A stretch of DNA of 64,000 nt from a virus. The stretch is taken from positions 45,029 through 109,028 of the IMG/VR virus record IMGVR_UViG_3300021963_007714, one strand, 5' to 3'. The notes below the pieces were generated by a model. That model was not told where the DNA came from and ran no database searches. It saw only the letters and a program-made list of their open reading frames with translations. The position numbers and the translations under genes are program-made. Positions 57,958 to 64,000 of this stretch are shown in pieces (positions within the stretch are counted from its first letter, which is position 1; each line of letters starts with the position of its first letter).

Positions 57958-58630
57958 TTTTTGATTTCCTTATGCGTGTTCTATAATATTGCTTACAGGT
58001 TAAAACAATTGCTAGAACCCAAGGTAGTCCCATTTCGGACCAATCATGCAGGGGATCTATATACTTATCAACAAAGGGTTCTGCTACAATCATCTTAAAG
58101 GCCACAGCATATAATACAAATGCGCCGATAAAGATTGTGTCAGGATGCTTTTCTAATATACGAGCAACAATTGTACTACCAAACAAGATAATAGGAACAC
58201 TGACAAGAAGTCCAAATATAATTAATATCCAGTTTCCATTAGCAGCACCAGCAATAGCTAGGGCATTATCCAAGCCCATAACAGCATCTGCTAACACAAT
58301 AGTTGCCATAGCGCCCCAAAATGTGTCACTGGCCTTAACATCCTTATGATCATCACTGCCTGTGGTTAAACGCCAGGCAATCCATATAAGCATAAGACCA
58401 CCTATAAACCTAAGACCAGGAATCATAAGCAAATAGGTAAGTGCTGCTACACAGGCAAATCGAACAGCTACAGCACCAAATGTTCCCCATATCATGGCTC
58501 GCTTTCTTAAATTTTCGGGCAACTTATTAGCAGCCATGGCAATAACTAAGGCATTCTCACCACCTAAAACTACATCTATTAAAATAATAGCCAATAAGGC
58601 CCATAAAAATTCAAATGATAATATTTCCAT
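57902..58630 (-). CDS. TerC/YjbE family membrane protein
   Basis: IDVVLGGENALVIA, ADAVMGLDNALAIAGAA and FGLLVSVPI. Confidence 0.9.
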   Translation of the reverse strand: MEILSFEFLWALLAIILIDVVLGGENALVIAMAANKLPENLRKRAMIWGTFGAVAVRFACVAALTYLLMIPGLRFIGGLMLIWIAWRLTTGSDDHKDVKASDTFWGAMATIVLADAVMGLDNALAIAGAANGNWILIIFGLLVSVPIILFGSTIVARILEKHPDTIFIGAFVLYAVAFKMIVAEPFVDKYIDPLHDWSEMGLPWVLAIVLTCKQYYRTRIRKSKNEASSTSSPDSSTKEKYN

Positions 58631-58662
58631 AAATTGTCCTGTACAAAATCATTTTATTTAAT

Positions 58663-58687
58663 AAAAAAAGGCCCCTAAGGGCCTTTT
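58663..58687 (-). terminator. Rho-independent terminator
   Basis: A7-GGCCC-ctaa-GGGCC-TTTT downstream of the minus-strand HTH gene. Confidence 0.8.
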
Positions 58688-58705
58688 AGTTTGAACTGGA
58701 TCGAA

Positions 58706-58975
58706 TTACAGACCAAGTTGAAGAGCACGATAACCTGCAGCAATCAAACGACGGCTGGGTTGTCCCATAACGTATTCAGTAACTTGAACACCATTGCCTG
58801 CTTTGCGGCTGTTGGCATAAACAGCAAAACCAGCCTGACGGATACGGCTTGCTTCTGCTGAAATGTTCTTAATGCCAAAACGCTTTTCTGCCTGTGCAGG
58901 AGTAAGTTTCTCACCTGACTTAAGTGCGGTGAAAAGTTTATGGGTCTTAGTGCCTTCATTAATAGAATATAACAT
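58706..58975 (-). CDS. Small winged-HTH DNA-binding protein
   Basis: LKSGEKLTPAQAEKRFGIKNISAEASRIRQAG; GAGGA SD; start reassigned to 58975. Confidence 0.7.
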   Translation of the reverse strand: MLYSINEGTKTHKLFTALKSGEKLTPAQAEKRFGIKNISAEASRIRQAGFAVYANSRKAGNGVQVTEYVMGQPSRRLIAAGYRALQLGL

Positions 58976-59021
58976 ATTATTTCCTCTTAGATGTTTATAC
59001 TGCTTCTTAGCAGTTAGAGCA

Positions 59022-59050
59022 AGTATAGCAGTATAATTATAGTAGGTCAA
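59022..59050 (-). promoter_or_regulatory. Sigma70 promoter (extended -10)
   Basis: TTGACC-17-TATACT with TGn on the minus strand. Confidence 0.7.
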
Positions 59051-59080
59051 GAACTATTTTTGCCAAATAAATAAAGTATC

Positions 59081-61135
59081 ATGAGAAAGATATTATTAAA
59101 TCCATATTGGGCCCTATTAACCCTCGTAGCCGTGTTAGCACTGAGATTTTTTGATCCCAGTTTTGTTGAGTCGGTTAGACTACGCTATTTTGATCAACTT
59201 ATAACCAGTCAACCAAAGGTTGAAGTTCCTGTTCATACTGTTAACATTGATGAACAGACTTTGGAAAAATTAGGTCAATGGCCCTTTCCAAGAGGCGACT
59301 ATGCTAAAATGATCAACGATCTATACCAGCGTAACGCAGGACTTGTTGTATTCAATGTGTTAATGCCCGAATTTGATCGTTTCAAAGAGGACAAAGAATT
59401 AGCACAATATCTGAAGTCTCACCCAGTTGTTCTTCCTATATTAGGGCATACCAAAGACCGTAATGCCACACAGCCACCGCATACACAGGTAGTTGGACAA
59501 GATCCACAGGGCAAGGTGGTTGAATATCCAGGAGTTATAAGTTCAGTGGCAATAATAACAGGTCAGGCCACAGGTTATGGGGTAGTTAATACCTTTCCGG
59601 AAATAGATGGTGTTGTTCGTCGTATGCCCCTGGTAATTGCCAGCCAAGGTAAGTTACATCCAGCATTGGCTTTAGAAACACTGCGAGTAGCAGCACAAGA
59701 TCCTCGTGTTCAAATAAAGATAGGAGACATTGGTGTAGAGGCTTTGCGTGTGCCCAAGATAGGCAAGATACCGACAGATCCATTGAGTCGTATATGGATT
59801 GATTGGTCAGCACAGCCTAAAGAACATAGTTTTATGTCGTTGCCCGATGACTTCAAAGGTGAAATAGTCATTGTGGGTTTATCAGCAGCGGGCTTGGCTA
59901 ATCCTGTGGCCACAGCCAGAGGAGAAGTATGGCCTCACTTTTTACAGGGCACGGTGTTAGGAACACTAACTACACAGAGCCACATACAGAGACCCGACTG
60001 GGCAGATGCCGCCGAATTAGGTGCTATTGCTGTATTTGGCATTTTAATTATATTCTTATCAAGGTGGGTCTATGTCGGTATCGGATTTTATCTTATTCTT
60101 GCTGGTTCATGCGTGGCAGGCAGCATGTACGGGTATAGTAATTATAGGTGGCTTATTGATGCTACTTTGCCTACCCTTAGTATTCTTCTTGTAGCACTAC
60201 ATGCCTATACAGTGAAGTTTATTTCAGAATTCCTACAGAAACAGCAGATACGCAAACAGTTTCAAAGTTATCTATCACCAGATCTTGTGGCCAAACTGAT
60301 AAAAGATCCTAGCCTACTTAAACTGGGCGGTGAAGAAAAAGAACTCTCAATCATGTTTACAGATGTGCGCGGCTTTACATCAATATCAGAACACTATGGC
60401 AAAGATGTTCAAGGTCTTACAAAAATCATGAATCGTTATATGACTGCCATGACACGCAAGATATTAGAAAATCATGGCACATTAGACAAGTATATTGGTG
60501 ATGCTCAAATGGCGTTTTGGAATGCTCCATTAGATGAAACTATTCACTGTAAGGAAAGCGTCAAGGCAGCACTGGAAATGTTAGAAGATCTAAAGGTATT
60601 CAATGATGAAATTACCAAAGAAGGAATCCCTGCGTTTGGCATGGGCATTGGCATTAACACTGGGGTTGTTGTTGTCGGCAATATGGGCAGTGAGCAACGC
60701 TTTGACTATACTTGTTTGGGTGACGCAGTTAATTTGGCCAGCCGCTTAGAAGGTCAGAGCAAGAACTATGGCGTCCTATTGGTCATTGGTCCTGTAACAG
60801 AAAGCAGATTAGAGGGCACAGCATTTAGCCTACCTCTAGATTGTATTGCGGTCAAGGGCAAACACGAAGGTGTAAACATTTTTACAGCGTTTCATAATCC
60901 ACCTGAAAATCTCAAGGCACAATGGCTAGCAGACAAAGAACGTCATGTTGAGATGTTGGGTTATTATCGTGCTCAACAATGGAACAAGGCCTTGAAAGCA
61001 GTAGAAGCACTTAAAGGAAAATTCAATGGACAAATGGATCACTACTATGAACTATGGACCGAACGCATTCATGAAATGGCCAGCGCTGGATTACCCGCAG
61101 ATTGGGATGGCGTCTTTAGAGCAACCAGCAAGTGA
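59081..61135 (+). CDS. CHASE2-domain class III adenylate cyclase
   Basis: CHASE2 (IDE..L...GQWPFPR, DGVVRR.PL), three TMs, and cyclase motifs MFTDVRGFT, DKYIGDAQM and YTCLGDAVNLASRLEG. Confidence 0.93.
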   Translation: MRKILLNPYWALLTLVAVLALRFFDPSFVESVRLRYFDQLITSQPKVEVPVHTVNIDEQTLEKLGQWPFPRGDYAKMINDLYQRNAGLVVFNVLMPEFDRFKEDKELAQYLKSHPVVLPILGHTKDRNATQPPHTQVVGQDPQGKVVEYPGVISSVAIITGQATGYGVVNTFPEIDGVVRRMPLVIASQGKLHPALALETLRVAAQDPRVQIKIGDIGVEALRVPKIGKIPTDPLSRIWIDWSAQPKEHSFMSLPDDFKGEIVIVGLSAAGLANPVATARGEVWPHFLQGTVLGTLTTQSHIQRPDWADAAELGAIAVFGILIIFLSRWVYVGIGFYLILAGSCVAGSMYGYSNYRWLIDATLPTLSILLVALHAYTVKFISEFLQKQQIRKQFQSYLSPDLVAKLIKDPSLLKLGGEEKELSIMFTDVRGFTSISEHYGKDVQGLTKIMNRYMTAMTRKILENHGTLDKYIGDAQMAFWNAPLDETIHCKESVKAALEMLEDLKVFNDEITKEGIPAFGMGIGINTGVVVVGNMGSEQRFDYTCLGDAVNLASRLEGQSKNYGVLLVIGPVTESRLEGTAFSLPLDCIAVKGKHEGVNIFTAFHNPPENLKAQWLADKERHVEMLGYYRAQQWNKALKAVEALKGKFNGQMDHYYELWTERIHEMASAGLPADWDGVFRATSK

Positions 61136-61139
61136 TATC

Positions 61140-61262
61140 ATGGACACACAAATAAAATTCTTTGTCACTGCTTGGTTTTGGCCCTACTTTGTCATGGGCA
61201 ATTTAGACAGTTGGCAAAAACTTGGTATAACACTAAACGGAGCAAGACCAATAAGGTGCTAA
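61140..61262 (+). CDS. Possible 40-aa peptide between the cyclases
   Basis: MDTQIKFFVTAWFWPYFVMG... fills the intergenic gap exactly; no clear SD. Confidence 0.35.
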   Translation: MDTQIKFFVTAWFWPYFVMGNLDSWQKLGITLNGARPIRC

Positions 61263-62492
61263 ATGGACAAAAAATTAACCACCATACTGTGTAGTGATGT
61301 TATAGGATACAGTCGTATGATGGGAGAGAATGAACATCTAACTCTCCAAAAATTAGATCAATGTAGACAGATCATTGATCCCAGTATAGCAAAATATAAT
61401 GGCCGTATTTTTAACACAGCAGGTGATGCTGTGTTGGCAGAGTTTGCCAGTCCCACTGACGCTGTAAAATGTGCTGTAGACATTCAAAACTCAATCAACA
61501 AACTTAATACGGACATGCGTTGGCGTATTGGCCTACATCTAGGCGAAGTCTATGCCTACGGTGATAATCTCATGGGCGACACCGTGAACATTGCTGCTCG
61601 TATAGAAAGCACTGCTGACTTGGGAGGTGTCTGCTTTAGCAGTCAGGTCTTTGATGCTATCAGTGGCAAGGTTACCATGGATATAGAATGGCGAGGACCA
61701 CAGTCATTTAAGAATATTAAAGATCCTATCAAAATCTATGCTGTAAAAATAGCAGGTGCCCAAAAAAACCCCAATGTAGTTCATAAAGAAACTGTGAAAT
61801 ATAGCAAGGAACAATTGATCAAGAGTGTGATAAATGACAAACCTGCCGTAGGTAAAACTCTACAAGATGCTCAAAATCTTAAACGTGATCGTCAGTTTGG
61901 TCCTGCTGTTCGTGTGTTAATGTGGCGTATTACAAAAAAGTGCGGAGCCAGTCTAAATGAACTGTTAGATATGAGCCAAAAAGAATTAGTGCCTGTAGAA
62001 CTAAGGCATGTTGTAGTGGCCATACTCAGTGAATATTGTAAAGGTGTAGACAGTGATCGAGCCATGTTAATTTACAAATTACTACAAGGACCGTTAGGTG
62101 TTCATCGTAGCCTTGGTTTACAGTTTTTAAAACAAGCGGCCAAGACCAATCCCGAAGCGCAGATGGAATATAGTTCTACAATTATGGAAGATCCACACAG
62201 CAGCCAAAATGAAATTACTGATGCTGTAGAACAGTTGGTCACTATGGCTCGAAGAAAGAGTCAACCTGCTATGTTGAAGTTATGTGACTACTATAATAAG
62301 GTGGGTGAAAAACATCAACAGTTTTTATGGTTGTGGGTATTGAGAGGACTGTTTGAACCTTCGGCACAGAACAAACTTCAACTGTTAATGAATACAATTA
62401 GCAAGACTGATTTTACTAATTGGAAAATAGAAGGGGAATCGCTGTTAGATGAAATTAAATTTAAGAACGATCCTGGTAACTATGGTTATTAA
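61263..62492 (+). CDS. Soluble class III nucleotide cyclase with helical-repeat (Sel1/TPR-like) C-terminus
   Basis: ILCSDVIGYSRMM, FNTAGDAVLAEF, RIGLHLGEV, GDTVNIAARIE and FKNI. Confidence 0.85.
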   Translation: MDKKLTTILCSDVIGYSRMMGENEHLTLQKLDQCRQIIDPSIAKYNGRIFNTAGDAVLAEFASPTDAVKCAVDIQNSINKLNTDMRWRIGLHLGEVYAYGDNLMGDTVNIAARIESTADLGGVCFSSQVFDAISGKVTMDIEWRGPQSFKNIKDPIKIYAVKIAGAQKNPNVVHKETVKYSKEQLIKSVINDKPAVGKTLQDAQNLKRDRQFGPAVRVLMWRITKKCGASLNELLDMSQKELVPVELRHVVVAILSEYCKGVDSDRAMLIYKLLQGPLGVHRSLGLQFLKQAAKTNPEAQMEYSSTIMEDPHSSQNEITDAVEQLVTMARRKSQPAMLKLCDYYNKVGEKHQQFLWLWVLRGLFEPSAQNKLQLLMNTISKTDFTNWKIEGESLLDEIKFKNDPGNYGY

Positions 62493-63186
62493 TTTTAGCC
62501 AATCTTAGGAATTCAAATAACTTGAGATAACAATAACCAATATCTATTTCAAACCACCTACGTGATAATTTAATGCTGGCTGGGTTAAGATGGTGGTTGT
62601 TGTGCAACTCCTCTCCACCAATAACAATACCCCAAGGACAAATGTTCCTACTATTATCTTCTGTATGCCCATTTTTATATCCTAACCAGTGTCCTACACC
62701 GTTGATTACACCTGCTGCCCAAAATGGTATCCAGGCCATTTGGATCAGCCATATTATAATGCCCCATAATGAAAAACACAAGATGTTTATAATTAGCAGA
62801 ATAGTTATCCCCAACCAAGGAAGTTCGGAATAAACTCTGCGTTCTATCCAATCAGAGGGCGCATCGGGAGCGTAGGTCTTGGCCAATAACCCTCCCTTAA
62901 TAGCCAAACTATAATATCTAACGCCACGTAGCAGAATATTGAAGTTGCCAAAAACAACAGGACTATGCGGATCGCCAGGCCGATCGCTGTACCTATGATG
63001 CGCACGATGAACAGCCATCCACTCTTTTGTAACCATACCAGTAGTCAGCCACAACCACAACCTCATAAAGTGGCTTAATAGGGGATGAAACACGATACCA
63101 CGGTGTGCCATGCCCCTGTGTAGATATAGCGTCACGCAAATTATTGTTATATGTGTAGCTATCAGAGTCCATATAATCATCCACAT
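62461..63186 (-). CDS. Membrane fatty acid (acyl-CoA delta-9-type) desaturase
   Basis: His boxes HRGMAH, HRAHH and ELHNNHH; DPHSP and WFEID. Confidence 0.92.
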   Translation of the reverse strand: MWMIIWTLIATHITIICVTLYLHRGMAHRGIVFHPLLSHFMRLWLWLTTGMVTKEWMAVHRAHHRYSDRPGDPHSPVVFGNFNILLRGVRYYSLAIKGGLLAKTYAPDAPSDWIERRVYSELPWLGITILLIINILCFSLWGIIIWLIQMAWIPFWAAGVINGVGHWLGYKNGHTEDNSRNICPWGIVIGGEELHNNHHLNPASIKLSRRWFEIDIGYCYLKLFEFLRLAKINNHSYQDRS

Positions 63187-63383
63187 TAAACTACGCTGGC
63201 TGCTATATGAACAGCCTGCACTATGTATCTAAACATTTCTTCATTGCCTGCGCACTCTTGTGCCGCACGAACTTCTTTTATTTCTTGTAGTAAATAATTA
63301 CGTTCTTCGAGACTGAGTTGCCCACCACGATAGGCTGCTTCTATGTTGCTGATTTCTTGTATCAAAGGGTGTCCTACGGTCAT
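63186..63383 (-). CDS. Hypothetical protein
   Basis: ATGA-coupled start at 63383. Confidence 0.55.
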   Translation of the reverse strand: MTVGHPLIQEISNIEAAYRGGQLSLEERNYLLQEIKEVRAAQECAGNEEMFRYIVQAVHIAASVV

Positions 63384-63754
63384 CGCTTTCTCCATGCGTT
63401 AATTGCTACGTCTAATCTCTGTATGGCTGTTCGTTTTCCTAATTCACAAAATATCTTGTTGGTATTAGAACGAAGTTTTATTATATGATTTTCAAGACCT
63501 TTTATATTCTCTGCCTGAGGGTCATTCCTTAATTCTGCGTATCTGCTGAGTCTTATAGCTTTGGGCACTAACTCACTGTAGTCTGGTTGCTCGCAATTGA
63601 GATTTTCTATAGCTATATGTAGTTCTACTACCTTGTCAAACATAACTGGATCGTGATCTCTGGGCCAATATTTTTTCACAGTATCAACACTGGATTGTAT
63701 TGTAGAACAACCTGTGATTAGAAAAAATAAGAATCCTACAAATAGCTTATTCAT
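63380..63754 (-). CDS. Lipoprotein
   Basis: MNKLFVGFLFFLITGC lipobox; start reassigned to 63754. Confidence 0.7.
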   Translation of the reverse strand: MNKLFVGFLFFLITGCSTIQSSVDTVKKYWPRDHDPVMFDKVVELHIAIENLNCEQPDYSELVPKAIRLSRYAELRNDPQAENIKGLENHIIKLRSNTNKIFCELGKRTAIQRLDVAINAWRKR

Positions 63755-64000
63755 CACCAGCAGCATCTTTGATTTCTTGTGCGGTGGCCTTACGACCTTT
63801 TGGTCCACCTATTGGTTTGTTAGCTTCATCTACTGCTTTCTTAGCAGCAGCATCTTCTTCACGTTTTTTCTTAAATGGATCTACATTTATTTCTTGTTCA
63901 GCAATAATACGCTCTTTGTCAATTGTTTTACCACGTAGTTGTAGGACAACTTCAACCTTTTGATTTAACCTAATTAGATCATTATCTAACATACGTATAC
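63747..64000 (-). CDS. C-terminal part of a coiled-coil protein, truncated by the window edge
   Basis: The frame is open to the window end (..IRMLDNDLIRLNQKV..). Confidence 0.55.
   Translation of the reverse strand, partial: IRMLDNDLIRLNQKVEVVLQLRGKTIDKERIIAEQEINVDPFKKKREEDAAAKKAVDEANKPIGGPKGRKATAQEIKDAAGDE

Noticed and set aside
58631-58700. yybP-ykoY Mn riboswitch upstream of terC
   Set aside because: The leader is only about 30 nt of AT-rich sequence after a terminator, leaving no room or motif.
1-64000. Alternative genetic code (stop-codon reassignment)
   Set aside because: Conserved genes are full-length in code 11, and TAA, TAG and TGA all end genes at expected positions (e.g. pstS TAG, dnaK TGA).
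1-64000. Bacterial chromosome origin suggested by dnaK, rpsU, pstS and clpS
   Set aside because: Their usual operon partners (dnaJ/grpE, pstCAB, clpA, dnaG) are missing, and the genes sit among virion genes with T4-type late promoters.
63380-64000. Overlapping lipoprotein and coiled-coil genes as a spanin pair
   Set aside because: The upstream gene is truncated so its TM cannot be seen, the lipoprotein is not Pro-rich, and no endolysin or holin is adjacent.

Overview
This is a 64-kb, AT-rich, gene-dense segment of a large (jumbo-type) tailed dsDNA phage with T4-like late promoters (TATAAATA). It reads in the standard genetic code and most genes are on the + strand. Bases 1-24.7 kb hold virion genes: a >2875-aa repeat protein cut by the window edge, tail/baseplate-type proteins, a beta-helix fibre, and basic multi-module proteins that look like head-protease-processed polyproteins. 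Bases 24.7-36.6 kb hold nucleotide and DNA metabolism genes (nrdA, nrdB, glutaredoxin, exonuclease, phosphoesterase), a CHAP/NlpC hydrolase, ribosomal protein bS21 and a ParB/DGQH-HNH pair. Bases 36.7-40.6 kb hold dnaK-hsp20-clpS-heme oxygenase-bilin reductase. Bases 42-64 kb are an accessory region: a curli-like operon (csgF, csgG, two curlin-repeat proteins, FecR), lectin/Gly-rich proteins sharing an N-terminal motif, a PHP-less minimal DnaE, a Pho-box-controlled phoX-(Cys-rich micropeptide)-pstS unit, TerC, two class III nucleotide cyclases and a fatty-acid desaturase. DnaK and PstS look betaproteobacterial, suggesting an aquatic Burkholderiales-type host (inference). The strongest leads are (1) the curli-FecR-CHASE2 cyclase system, (2) Glu-cleaved cargo polyproteins with capsid-targeting-like leaders, and (3) unannotated small elements: the Cys-rich peptide, a structured ncRNA, SD-sequestering hairpins and leaderless late mRNAs. 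All family calls come from motif recognition by eye; no database searches were run.
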